Below, piece by piece: positions 37,895-48,336 of a stretch of 64,000 nt of DNA. The stretch's first letter is position 1; each line of letters opens with the position of its first letter. Origin of the DNA: Clostridiales bacterium (lineage in GTDB: Bacteria > Bacillota > Clostridia > UBA1381); assembly GCA_029219585.1 (NCBI GenBank), contig JAQXTR010000083.1, positions 28,978-92,977 on the forward strand, written 5' to 3'. The translations under genes were made by a program, and so were the position numbers. The notes below the pieces were generated by a model. It searched no databases and was not told where the DNA came from. It worked only from the letters and a program-made list of their open reading frames with translations.

Positions 37895-38554
37895 TCATAC
37901 AAATAAATTCGCAATCGACTGACATACATGAAGAATCCCGGTAAGCGCAATGCCCACGCCGGTTCCTATTATCCTGTCAAACACACCTGCAAACGACAGA
38001 AGAATAATAAGCAGGAAGCTGTATCGTTCAAACTGCTGGAGCTTGAAATACGCAGAGGTTGAAAGGAACAGCCCCATCACCCGCGAGCCGTCAAGCGGCG
38101 GTATCGGAATTATATTAAACACCAGAAAGCACAGATTTGTTCTGGCAAACAGAAACAGTATGCTTCCTATTGTATTTATCGAACTTGCAAACAGTCCTGT
38201 TTTATAGCTTATAATAAAAAACACAGTATAAATAAGCATTGCCGCAAACGCAAGAACGAGATTTGAAAGAGGTCCCGCAGCAGCGGTAACCGCCATTCCC
38301 GTTTTCGGATTTTTATAATATCTCGCATCAATCTGAACAGGCTTTGCCCATCCGAAGCCGGTAAGTATCATAAGTATTGCGCCCATCGGATCCAGATGCG
38401 CCAGGGGATTAAGCGACAGACGCCCCGTCATTCTCGGTGTGGGGTCTCCCAGCTTATCCGATACCAATCCATGACAGAACTCATGAACGGTAAGAGCGAT
38501 AAGTACGATCGGTATCATTATTATTTTATTTATTATATATGAAGCTGAAAACAT
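37895..38554 (-). CDS. site-2 protease family (M50) membrane metalloprotease
   Basis: HEFCHG (HExxH) in TM1, polytopic, and a later LDG motif. Confidence 0.85.
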   Translation of the reverse strand: MFSASYIINKIIMIPIVLIALTVHEFCHGLVSDKLGDPTPRMTGRLSLNPLAHLDPMGAILMILTGFGWAKPVQIDARYYKNPKTGMAVTAAAGPLSNLVLAFAAMLIYTVFFIISYKTGLFASSINTIGSILFLFARTNLCFLVFNIIPIPPLDGSRVMGLFLSTSAYFKLQQFERYSFLLIILLSFAGVFDRIIGTGVGIALTGILHVCQSIANLFV

Positions 38555-38679
38555 AAACTTCCTCCGAATTGATTATTTTTCTTTTTATCCTATTCTATAT
38601 TATAATATATTTATCAGGATTTGTAAAGCATTTTTCATGAAAAAGACCGTGAAACTGCATATAAAATATTTCGTAAATA

Positions 38680-38708
38680 TTGACGAAAGAATTTTTTTGT
38701 GGTATACT
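38680..38708 (+). promoter_or_regulatory. promoter of the SH3 lipoprotein gene
   Basis: TTGACG-17 nt-TATACT with a TG extension. The ORF-track TTG start at 38680 is in fact this -35 box. Confidence 0.65.
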
Positions 38709-38742
38709 TAATATATTAAATATATCCATAGGAGTAAAATAT

Positions 38743-39750
38743 ATGAAAAAAACAAAAATTGCAGCTCTTGCAGCGGTATCGGTTCTGACGGTTGTATCAG
38801 GCTGTGTCAACCGTGACGGATTGGTAGCAAAAAATGTTGCAATGGAGCTTATGGAAAACGGATCATACAGTGCTGCTGCGGAACAATGCGCAATAGCGAT
38901 AGGCAACGGTGTTAATGATAAGGAATTTGTGCATATATCAGATGTTATCAATGCTTATAACAGCGCACTTTCGGAATTTGAGAGCGGAAACATCAGCGGA
39001 GCGGCTGAAAAAATTTCCGACATTCATGAATATTCGGATCTTGCAATGGCAAAGGATATTGAGGAGCTTAAAGAAAAAATTGATGACGCGAACAGCTTTT
39101 CGATTTCTGTTGACGACACACTCAATGAGGTAAAACGGCTTTATGACAGCGGAGACTATAAAGCCGCCCAGAAGAAGCTTTATTCTATCAGCGAGGCGGA
39201 TATGGACGCTAATCAGCAGAAAAATTTTGATACCTTTGAAATAAACATAGAAAACAAGCTGAATGCCGAGAACAATACCTCCTCCGCCCCGACAGTGAAG
39301 CATGCGGGCAGCAGCTACAATTACAGTGCTTATGACAACAGTCTGTCACAGGCATATGTCAGCGGAGCAGAAACGGGAAGTGTTTACTTCTGGGTTGCCT
39401 CATCCGGTGACAGCTATACAGCCACCCTGTCTAACGGCACATCCATTTATACGACCGGTCACTCGTCCGGAGGGCGCACACTGGTTAAATGGAACGGTTC
39501 ATACGGTTGGATCACATCAAGATACATAAGCTCCGGCTACAGCAGATATTCTTACAACTCGGTTGATCACTATATAAGAGGAGCCTCAACAGGCAGTGTT
39601 TATGTCTGGAAATCGGCATACGGCGACGAATATTACACAACCATAACCAACGGTACTTATGTTACACCTACCGGTTATTCTTCAAACGGCCGTTCGGAGA
39701 TTTACTGGGGCAACGGATATGCCTGGATTACATCTGCATACTTGTACTGA
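38743..39750 (+). CDS. lipoprotein with two C-terminal SH3b-like repeats
   Basis: MKKTKIAALAAVSVLTVVSGC lipobox. Two repeats ...GSVY.W...G..Y..T..NGT...TG.SS.GR....W.G.YGWITS.Y. AGGAG RBS. Confidence 0.8.
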   Translation: MKKTKIAALAAVSVLTVVSGCVNRDGLVAKNVAMELMENGSYSAAAEQCAIAIGNGVNDKEFVHISDVINAYNSALSEFESGNISGAAEKISDIHEYSDLAMAKDIEELKEKIDDANSFSISVDDTLNEVKRLYDSGDYKAAQKKLYSISEADMDANQQKNFDTFEINIENKLNAENNTSSAPTVKHAGSSYNYSAYDNSLSQAYVSGAETGSVYFWVASSGDSYTATLSNGTSIYTTGHSSGGRTLVKWNGSYGWITSRYISSGYSRYSYNSVDHYIRGASTGSVYVWKSAYGDEYYTTITNGTYVTPTGYSSNGRSEIYWGNGYAWITSAYLY

Positions 39751-39793
39751 CGAGCTTTATACCGTTTTCGCAGCCAATTATTAATAAGAACAA

Positions 39794-39825
39794 ACAGGAG
39801 AGCATCGGTCGGCTCTCCTGTTTTA
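39794..39825 (+). terminator. terminator of the SH3 lipoprotein gene
   Basis: acaggagagc / gctctcctgt stem followed by tttt. Confidence 0.85.
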
Positions 39826-39874
39826 ATCATACTCCTATTATGCAGCCTGCCTTATTCTGTATGCCGCAGTACCG

Positions 39875-42073
39875 TTACGGATTGGCAGACCTTATTTTTT
39901 CATATTCCTTTCCGAAAAAGAACTTAGGTGAAAGCACCATATTTCCAAACATCGGATAGGTTTCTTTACTGTAATCAAAATCATAGTGCAGCCTCTCCCC
40001 TTTCAACAGGGCATACTGCATATCATAATATTCTCCCAGCTGTTCGGGAAGCTCCGAATGCATATGATGAACTCCCGACGGATCGGTATATACCGCAGGA
40101 TTGATCTGAATAACATTCTGCTGCAATTCATCAAGATACAGCTGTACACGGCTCTTGGGAAGCTGCGCCACCTCCATCATCTTGTTTGAAAGGAAGCACG
40201 GACTTGACAGCAGTCCTGTCTCCTCCTCAATATTGTAATTTGTCCAGATTATAAAGGGTATCTTATATCTGTTGAGCGCCTCCTCATAGCTTATGCCCGA
40301 CAACGGCTTACCATACAGCTCCTCGTAAAATCCCGTTTCAAGATTCGGCATATGGTCTCCGAACATCACAACCATAATGGGTTCGTCGAACTTCTTCAGC
40401 TCGTTCAGGAAATATTTCAGAGCAGTGTCGGACTCCCTCAGAAGTGACAGATACTGCTCCGCCTGCGGATAATCCCCCGACATATTCTCAAGAAATATAC
40501 TGCTATTATAGCTCTTGTTGGTATATCCCCCGTGATTCTGCATGGTTATGTTGAATATAAATGCACGTTCATCAGGGTCTTTTCCGAGGAAGTAGTTTAT
40601 AATCGCGCCGTAGTTACCTTTATCGCTGACGTAACCTCTCAGATATTCCGGATATTCGCTGAGGGTTGCAAGGTTCTCCATACTTATAAATTCATCAAAG
40701 CTGAGATCCTTATAAATATTTACTCTATTCCAGCTGTCCGCGCTGAACGGATGCAGCGCAATCGCCTTATATCCCAGCTCTCTCATATGCATCGGCAATG
40801 AATACGGCAGCTTTCTGAATATATTCTGAATGTACGGCGCTGAGCGTGATTTGAGTACGCCCGTTGACATACCGGTAAGGAATTCATACTCCGTGTTACA
40901 GGTATACCCGCCGAACGGCGAAACAAGCAGCTCTCCCTTTATAGTATTATTTTCAAGCTGTCTGAAAAACGGCATATAGTCTTCATTTGTTTCAAACGCA
41001 CCTACGGCTGCCGGATCGCAAAAGCTTTCATTCATTACAACTACGATATTCGGCTTTTCACCTTTTGCATTAAGAGTTGTTTTCATTGTCTCCCCGGCCT
41101 CCGGTGCCGCTGTCGGCTCAGCTTCAGCCGCTGACTGGGTTGCCGACGGCATTTCATCCCCGTCTTCATCATCATTCGATCTTTCCGCCGCCTTTTCCGG
41201 CATCGGAGTCGGGGCAGCTGCAGCTTCCGGCTGCGTATATGACAAAAGCTTCTCATCGAGCTGTTCAGGATTATATGTACTGCTCTTTTCAAGTCCCATC
41301 TTTGTGCTGTTTATATAAAAGCTGAGTGCTGAACCGAAATTATAATTCGCAAGCGACTGATCATATATTGAAACATCTATCTGCGAATAGTCCCCGGCAG
41401 TAATTACTGCAACAGACGCAGCAAGAGCAACAGATCCTATTCCTCTCATAATCAAAGCTCTTCCTCTGAACTTCAGCTTAACAGGGAACTTGAATGCGAG
41501 CATTATAAGCGCGACAGTCAATACTGTTGATGTTATCATAGGATACTGCATTTCAAACTCATACTGCGAAGCAACATTCATCGCCGTTCCCCATGCATAA
41601 ATATCGGTAGGCATAAGCGCTGTTCCCCTCAGGCAATAAACAATAAAGCTTGAGGCATTGAATGCGTATGACGCTGACAGAGCGGTAATTGCCGACACCC
41701 TGAGACTGCCGGAAACAAGCAGTCCTATTGCGCCGAATGCAAGCCAAAACAGAAGATTTACAAAATAAATATGCGGCTTTGCCTGAAATCCCCCCGCAAA
41801 GGAAACAGAAATCTGCATCGCACCGAATATGGCAGCAATATATACAAGTGATCCCGCCACCGCCGCAGCCGCCTTATTCAGTCTGAATTTCGTCACTCCA
41901 AGGAAGCATATTGCAAGAGAGCATACCAGCGAGGTTATAAAATAACCCAGCATGAACACCTCTTTATCCGTATAAACTCTGAACAACTCAACATTTATAC
42001 AGGTAAAGGTCCAGAAGAACAGAGCCAATATTATTGTTATTATTATCTTAACCACATTGTTACGTTTTATCAT
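39875..42073 (-). CDS. LTA synthase (LtaS) / sulfatase-family membrane protein
   Basis: Multi-TM N-domain, acidic linker, then sulfatase-type motifs (VVVMNESF, GGYTCNTEYEFLTG, MQNHGGY, MFGDHMP). Confidence 0.85.
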   Translation of the reverse strand: MIKRNNVVKIIITIILALFFWTFTCINVELFRVYTDKEVFMLGYFITSLVCSLAICFLGVTKFRLNKAAAAVAGSLVYIAAIFGAMQISVSFAGGFQAKPHIYFVNLLFWLAFGAIGLLVSGSLRVSAITALSASYAFNASSFIVYCLRGTALMPTDIYAWGTAMNVASQYEFEMQYPMITSTVLTVALIMLAFKFPVKLKFRGRALIMRGIGSVALAASVAVITAGDYSQIDVSIYDQSLANYNFGSALSFYINSTKMGLEKSSTYNPEQLDEKLLSYTQPEAAAAPTPMPEKAAERSNDDEDGDEMPSATQSAAEAEPTAAPEAGETMKTTLNAKGEKPNIVVVMNESFCDPAAVGAFETNEDYMPFFRQLENNTIKGELLVSPFGGYTCNTEYEFLTGMSTGVLKSRSAPYIQNIFRKLPYSLPMHMRELGYKAIALHPFSADSWNRVNIYKDLSFDEFISMENLATLSEYPEYLRGYVSDKGNYGAIINYFLGKDPDERAFIFNITMQNHGGYTNKSYNSSIFLENMSGDYPQAEQYLSLLRESDTALKYFLNELKKFDEPIMVVMFGDHMPNLETGFYEELYGKPLSGISYEEALNRYKIPFIIWTNYNIEEETGLLSSPCFLSNKMMEVAQLPKSRVQLYLDELQQNVIQINPAVYTDPSGVHHMHSELPEQLGEYYDMQYALLKGERLHYDFDYSKETYPMFGNMVLSPKFFFGKEYEKIRSANP

Positions 42074-42115
42074 TATCTATCTCAAACCTCGTTTAAATTT
42101 ATATCCACACGAGCT

Positions 42116-42144
42116 ATTATAGCACATATATAAATTTTTTTCAA
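42116..42144 (-). promoter_or_regulatory. promoter of the LtaS-like gene
   Basis: Minus strand TTGAAA-17 nt-TATAAT. Confidence 0.65.
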
Positions 42145-42164
42145 GCGGATAATTGCGGATAATT
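42145..42164 (-). repeat. tandem 10-bp direct repeat AATTATCCGC x2 abutting the -35 box
   Basis: Plus strand reads gcggataattgcggataatt. On the gene strand it reads AATTATCCGCAATTATCCGC-TTGAAA. Confidence 0.85.
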
Positions 42165-42220
42165 ATAATATTTTTGTGTGTTTCTATAGAAAACTTAGTC
42201 AAAATCACATAAAATAATTT

Positions 42221-42439
42221 TCACTCCTCAGCATTTTTTTGACTCTCGTCCGGCTCAAGTCTTTCATCTGCCAGCCTTGCGGTTTCATCAACAGCAGAGC
42301 CGTATCCCTTGAGCGCCGCAAACGGAGCAAACTGTGCCGCGCGGTCAAGCACGGACATATGTGAATGAGTCTTTGAAACATGATGCGGGAGATTTATAAT
42401 ATCATCGTAACGATGTGTACCATTAAATTTGCTGTTCAT
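42221..42439 (-). CDS. YolD-like protein
   Basis: 72 aa with the RAAQFAPFAALKGY motif. Lies immediately downstream of the Y-family polymerase, as in uvrX-yolD type cassettes. Confidence 0.8.
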   Translation of the reverse strand: MNSKFNGTHRYDDIINLPHHVSKTHSHMSVLDRAAQFAPFAALKGYGSAVDETARLADERLEPDESQKNAEE

Positions 42440-42450
42440 ATCCCCTCCGA

Positions 42451-43965
42451 TTATGCTTTATGACCGCCTATCATATTATTTCTCTGAAGTGTTGTAGCGC
42501 CCTCCCGTAAGCTCATACCTTTAAGAATGGCATTTTTTCCGAATTTCTTCTTTATATCTATCATCGTCTGCTGCACCCGCTTTTCTTTCTCCAATGCTGA
42601 CGCTTCCTCCTCACGCTGTCTATCAACCGCTTCATAATCGGTCAACAGGTCAAGCTGCTCAAAGACGGGCTTCTGCTGCACTTCTGCTTCATCAACAACA
42701 CGGTTTGCCGTAACGTAAATTCTTCTGACCGGCAGCTTTTTATTTATAACACGGTCATACAGCTCCAGCACAGCTTCGGTTATAAGCTTTGCAGATGATG
42801 TCTTTCTGCAGAGGTTTGCCGTACCATGCGCGTGCTTCGGGATTTTACGACCGTAGCGGTCTGTGGTAACATCACCTTTATAGGAGCTTGTCAAACCCTC
42901 TCTGTCATAGCCTACCGTTAAAACTATTTGGTCTGTAATAAGACCTTTATCAACTAAATCAAGAGCAAGTGAATCAGCCATTTCCTGCACTATCAGCCTT
43001 GCTTTTTCATAGTCATACGGGCATTGCAACACCTGACCGGAGCCTATGCTGTTTGACTGCGGCTTATATGCCTTTATATCCGCAATAGTGCAAGGCTCCC
43101 ACCCCCATGCATGGTCTATGAGCAGCTCTGCATTAATACCGAATAATTTATATAATAAATCCTCATTGTAATACTCATTCGGCTTCCCCAGTGAGCAGCG
43201 CGCAACATCACCCATAGTAAACAGACCGATCTTTTGTAATTTTTTTGCATATCCCTGTCCGACACGCCAAAAATCAGTAATCGGTTGGTGACTCCATAAA
43301 AGACGGCGGTAGCTCATCTCGTCCAATTCCGCAATTCTCACGCCATCCCCATCCGGTTTTATATGCTTTGCAACAATATCCATTGCTATTTTGCAAAGAT
43401 ACAAGTTTGTTCCGATTCCGGCTGTCGCTGTAATTCCTGTTGTACGCAGAACATCACGGATTATTTTTCGGGTTAAATCATGTGCTGACAGCTTATAGGT
43501 ATCCAGATAATTCGTCATATCAATAAACACTTCATCAATAGAATAAACGTGAATATCCTCCGGCGCTACATATTTCAGATAAATACTGTATATGTCTGTG
43601 CTGAACTTCATATAATGAGCCATCCTGGGAGGTGCAACGATATAGTCTGCAGACAGCTCCGGTGACTTCTTCAGCTCAGTATCATCATATGAAGAACCCG
43701 TCAAAGTGCAGCCGGGCGCTTTCTGCTTCCGGCGCGCATTAACTTCCTTCATTTTTTGAACAACCTCAAACAGTCTTGCTCTGCCTGATATTCCGTATGC
43801 TTTAAGCGAGGGGGATACGGCAAGACAAATTGTTTTCTCTGTCCGGCTTTTGTCGGCAACTACGAGATTGGTAGTCAGCGGGTCAAGACCGCGCTCTACA
43901 CATTCCACAGACGCATAAAAGGATTTCAGATCAATCGCCGCATATACCCGTTTCTTACTTAGCAC
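42451..43965 (-). CDS. Y-family (UmuC/UvrX-like) DNA polymerase
   Basis: YAAIDLKSFYASVECVERGLDP...SIDEVFIDMT motifs. GTG start 8 nt after GGGAGG. Confidence 0.88.
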   Translation of the reverse strand: MLSKKRVYAAIDLKSFYASVECVERGLDPLTTNLVVADKSRTEKTICLAVSPSLKAYGISGRARLFEVVQKMKEVNARRKQKAPGCTLTGSSYDDTELKKSPELSADYIVAPPRMAHYMKFSTDIYSIYLKYVAPEDIHVYSIDEVFIDMTNYLDTYKLSAHDLTRKIIRDVLRTTGITATAGIGTNLYLCKIAMDIVAKHIKPDGDGVRIAELDEMSYRRLLWSHQPITDFWRVGQGYAKKLQKIGLFTMGDVARCSLGKPNEYYNEDLLYKLFGINAELLIDHAWGWEPCTIADIKAYKPQSNSIGSGQVLQCPYDYEKARLIVQEMADSLALDLVDKGLITDQIVLTVGYDREGLTSSYKGDVTTDRYGRKIPKHAHGTANLCRKTSSAKLITEAVLELYDRVINKKLPVRRIYVTANRVVDEAEVQQKPVFEQLDLLTDYEAVDRQREEEASALEKEKRVQQTMIDIKKKFGKNAILKGMSLREGATTLQRNNMIGGHKA

Positions 43966-43988
43966 TATTACTACCTCCCTCTGATTCT

Positions 43989-45143
43989 CTAAAACAAGTT
44001 ACACTTCTTCTCACTTTTTGAAATCATAAGAAGTAACATAATCAGAAAGAATGCAAGATACACCGGCATAAGCTTTAAACTTATATGATTGGCAATCAGT
44101 CCGAAAATCGGCGGCATGAATGTTGAGCCGACATAAGCGCTTGCCATCTGGATTCCAATAATACCCTGCGAATTTTCTGCACCGAAGTTTTTCGGGGTAG
44201 AATGAACAATGCACGGATAGACGGGTGCACATCCGAGACCGATTATGATAAAGCCTATAACAGATATAATTTTTACCGGAATCACAATACAGACAACACC
44301 GAATAATGCCATACCTGTACCGATACGAATCATTTTACTATCACCCAGTTTGTCTGTTATGAATCCCGAGAGAAATCTTCCTACGGTAATTCCAATAAAG
44401 AACAGCGCACCAAAAGCAGCTGCTTCATACTTTGCCGCCCCTCTTGTGCCTTCCAGATAACTGCTTGCCCAGAGCATCGTTGTGGCTTCTGCTGCGCAAT
44501 ATGATAAAAATCCAATCAGCATATACGGTACACCTTTTATTTTTAAAGTGCCTTTTATTCCAAGAATTGCTGTATTGTTTTCTTCCAAAGCAGCCGACTT
44601 ATTGACTTTCCATAACGGAAGAGTAAACAGCAGCACAGCCACAATGCCGAACTGCAGATACGAAACCATACGGTATCCGTTTGCCCACATAGTATGCGTT
44701 AATGCATAACTCATAATATAAGGACTGATAATCGTTCCTACTCCCCAAAAACAGTGCAGCCAGCTCATATGTCTTGATTTATAATGCAGGGCAACATAAT
44801 TATTCAATGCTGCATCAATTGCGCCCGCGCCAAGACCATAAGGGATGCCCCATAAACACATATGATAAAATCGGGTTGACGTTGAAAATCCCCACAAAGC
44901 AATTGCAGTAAGAGCAACACTTACAACCGTCACATTTCTTGTTTTGAATTTCTTTGTAAGCCGTTCCGACATCAGGCTGGAGATAATGGTTCCCCCCGAA
45001 ATAACCATAGAGATTAACCCCATATATGATAACGGAACATCAAACTCGGTACGAATTGTTGGCCACGCTGAACCCAATAACGAATCCGGAAGTCCCAGAC
45101 TTATAAAAGACAGGTATATAACAGCTAATAGTAATAAATACAT
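43989..45143 (-). CDS. MFS transporter
   Basis: 12-TM-type hydrophobic profile and an MFS-like N-terminus (LGLPDSLLGSAWP). Confidence 0.8.
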   Translation of the reverse strand: MYLLLLAVIYLSFISLGLPDSLLGSAWPTIRTEFDVPLSYMGLISMVISGGTIISSLMSERLTKKFKTRNVTVVSVALTAIALWGFSTSTRFYHMCLWGIPYGLGAGAIDAALNNYVALHYKSRHMSWLHCFWGVGTIISPYIMSYALTHTMWANGYRMVSYLQFGIVAVLLFTLPLWKVNKSAALEENNTAILGIKGTLKIKGVPYMLIGFLSYCAAEATTMLWASSYLEGTRGAAKYEAAAFGALFFIGITVGRFLSGFITDKLGDSKMIRIGTGMALFGVVCIVIPVKIISVIGFIIIGLGCAPVYPCIVHSTPKNFGAENSQGIIGIQMASAYVGSTFMPPIFGLIANHISLKLMPVYLAFFLIMLLLMISKSEKKCNLF

Positions 45144-45223
45144 ATTATTTTTCCTTTCAAATTCCGGTTTACTGTCCGACTATGCACATATACCACAGTA
45201 CCATTCAAAAATCCGTTTGTTTA

Positions 45224-46483
45224 TTAATTGATACCCTTTATATCCGCAAGCGTCTTTGCCTCACTGTGGACAATAGGCTTCCATTCAACCTTCTTGAAGA
45301 TTGCCATAAAGGTTATGGGTATGTACGTCATCATAAACACCGGGAAAGTGAAAGTATACAAAAACTTTTTCAGCGGAGTGGTATAGATCATTTTTCTCTC
45401 ACTGATCGTCGTTATTGCACCTATCACATACATCATTGCGTACATACTGACCGCACCCTCAAGAACGCATTCAATCACGGGTTCTGCGCTTATTCCGGAA
45501 ATCAATCCCACAAGAATTGCACCTATATTGATAACAGCGCTTAAAATTGTCAGTATAAGAGCCGGCATGATTGACATTGACATATCATAACATGAAAAAC
45601 GATTGCTCTTTTTACCGATTACACCCCCGGCAAGCTTTGCCCCATAGTTGCACATCACCTGGAAATATCCCTTTGCCCAGCGCATTCTCTGGCGCACACT
45701 CTGACCAAATGTGTTTGGCTGTTCATCATATAAGACAGCATCCTTACAATAACCTATCTTATAACCGTTAATTACATGATCCACAGTAAACTCAATATCC
45801 TCGGTGAGAAGGTAATATCTCCAGCCGTTAAGCTCCTTTGCAACCTTCTTGCTGAACATAAACCCGGTTCCGGAAATTGCGCAGCTATTTCCGAGAAGCA
45901 TTCTCGAATAGTTCAGATATTTTGATTCCCTTAAGAACCACAGCGCATAACCGGCAGAAATCCAGTTATCTCCGTAATTCTTAGAATTGCGATAGCTTGT
46001 GAGAATTTCGTATCCGCTTGAGAAGGTTCTGTTCATCTCCTCAATATACAGCGGATCAAGCACATTATCCGCATCAAACACAAAATATCCGTCATAATAA
46101 TCCATTCCGTGCTCATGACTGATATTCTTCAAAAGAAAATTGAGAGCATATCCCTTGCCTACATTAACCTTATCAAAGCGTTTGTAAACCTTGGCGCCGT
46201 TTTGCGCGGCAATTTCGGCAGTATTATCATCACAGTTATCCGCCACCACATATATATCTATAAGCTCTCTGTCATAGCTCTGAGCATTTATACTCTGCAG
46301 CAGCTGTCCTATTACATTTGACTCGTTTCTCGCCGAAATCAATACCGCAAACCTATTTTTGCGCGGTATTGCCTGCGGCTTATCCTTTTTTATGTACGGT
46401 ACTAAAATATAGTACATCTGATATAAGTAACATACAAAAAATATAGCCCATATTCCGAAATCTATTGATGTTATAAGCTGCAT
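45224..46483 (-). CDS. processive family-2 glycosyltransferase (IcaA/PgaC/cellulose-synthase-like) with flanking TM helices
   Basis: LISARNE..., FDADN (DxD), TEDIEFT and QRMRWAKG (QxxRW) motifs. GGGAGG abuts the first ATG (46492), so ATG 46483 is favoured. Confidence 0.85.
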   Translation of the reverse strand: MQLITSIDFGIWAIFFVCYLYQMYYILVPYIKKDKPQAIPRKNRFAVLISARNESNVIGQLLQSINAQSYDRELIDIYVVADNCDDNTAEIAAQNGAKVYKRFDKVNVGKGYALNFLLKNISHEHGMDYYDGYFVFDADNVLDPLYIEEMNRTFSSGYEILTSYRNSKNYGDNWISAGYALWFLRESKYLNYSRMLLGNSCAISGTGFMFSKKVAKELNGWRYYLLTEDIEFTVDHVINGYKIGYCKDAVLYDEQPNTFGQSVRQRMRWAKGYFQVMCNYGAKLAGGVIGKKSNRFSCYDMSMSIMPALILTILSAVINIGAILVGLISGISAEPVIECVLEGAVSMYAMMYVIGAITTISERKMIYTTPLKKFLYTFTFPVFMMTYIPITFMAIFKKVEWKPIVHSEAKTLADIKGIN

Positions 46484-46550
46484 ATCCATCATCCTCCCGA
46501 CAAATGCAACAATCTTTTTTACTTAGTATATCCTTCCTCTTAGCATAGAT

Positions 46551-46579
46551 ATTTTAGCATAACTTATTTTAATTTGCAA
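46551..46579 (-). promoter_or_regulatory. promoter of the GT2 gene
   Basis: Minus strand TTGCAA-17 nt-TAAAAT. Confidence 0.55.
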
Positions 46580-46671
46580 TATTGAATAATGAACAAACAA
46601 TTGGTATGTTTGTTGTTTTGCTTTGTACAATTATCCGCACCTTCAAAAGGTATAAACCATTTTCCTTCTAC

Positions 46672-46704
46672 AAAAAAGAGACGATTTTTTACCGTCTCTT
46701 TTAA
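46672..46704. terminator. ilvC terminator (bidirectional)
   Basis: aaaaaagagacg-attttttac-cgtctctttt. Confidence 0.8.
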
Positions 46705-46719
46705 AATCTTTTGTAAAAA

Positions 46720-47754
<1,035 letters not shown>

Positions 47755-47833
47755 TTACCTCTTTCCTTTAAATACATAATTAATTATATATTGCAAAACA
47801 CACATATGTGTTTTTGTCATTTGTAGCGCCGGA

Positions 47834-48334
47834 TCATTTATCCAGCTTAAGGGTGTTTGAGCCGCGTTCAAGCGCCGTCATGCCTGTGCGCGCAATTTCT
47901 TCAATACCGTAGCCCTCAACCATTTTTAAAAATGCGTCCAGCTTAGCGTCAGCACCCGTTACCTCCGCAGTAATTGTAGTCGGTGAAATGTCTACCACAT
48001 TTGCTCTGAATACGTTCGCAATCTCAATAATCTCGCCGCGGTTCTTCGGCGTCGACTTAATCTTTACAAGAACAAGCCCTCTTTTTACCATCTCATTGTC
48101 CTTAAGAGTCTTAATCTTAATGACCTCCATTATTTTAGACAGCTGCTTTGACACCTGCTCCACCATGTATATATCACCCTTCACAACAATTGTGATCCTC
48201 GATATATTTTCATCAATTGTCGGTCCAACCGAAAGCTGATGAATGTTGAAGCCCCGCCTTGTAAAAAGACCGACTACTCTTGAAAGGACGCCCGCATGGT
48301 TCTCACATAAAACCGATAATGTATATTTTTCCAC
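47834..48334 (-). CDS. ilvN: acetolactate synthase small (regulatory) subunit
   Basis: LSVLCENHAGVLSRVVGLFTRRGFNI ACT domain. GTG start 7 nt after GGAGG. Confidence 0.93.
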   Translation of the reverse strand: MEKYTLSVLCENHAGVLSRVVGLFTRRGFNIHQLSVGPTIDENISRITIVVKGDIYMVEQVSKQLSKIMEVIKIKTLKDNEMVKRGLVLVKIKSTPKNRGEIIEIANVFRANVVDISPTTITAEVTGADAKLDAFLKMVEGYGIEEIARTGMTALERGSNTLKLDK

Positions 48335-48336
48335 GC

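Noticed and set aside
38595-38951. 118-aa minus-strand ORF
   Set aside because: It overlaps the promoter, RBS and signal peptide of the SH3 lipoprotein gene on the other strand and has no RBS.
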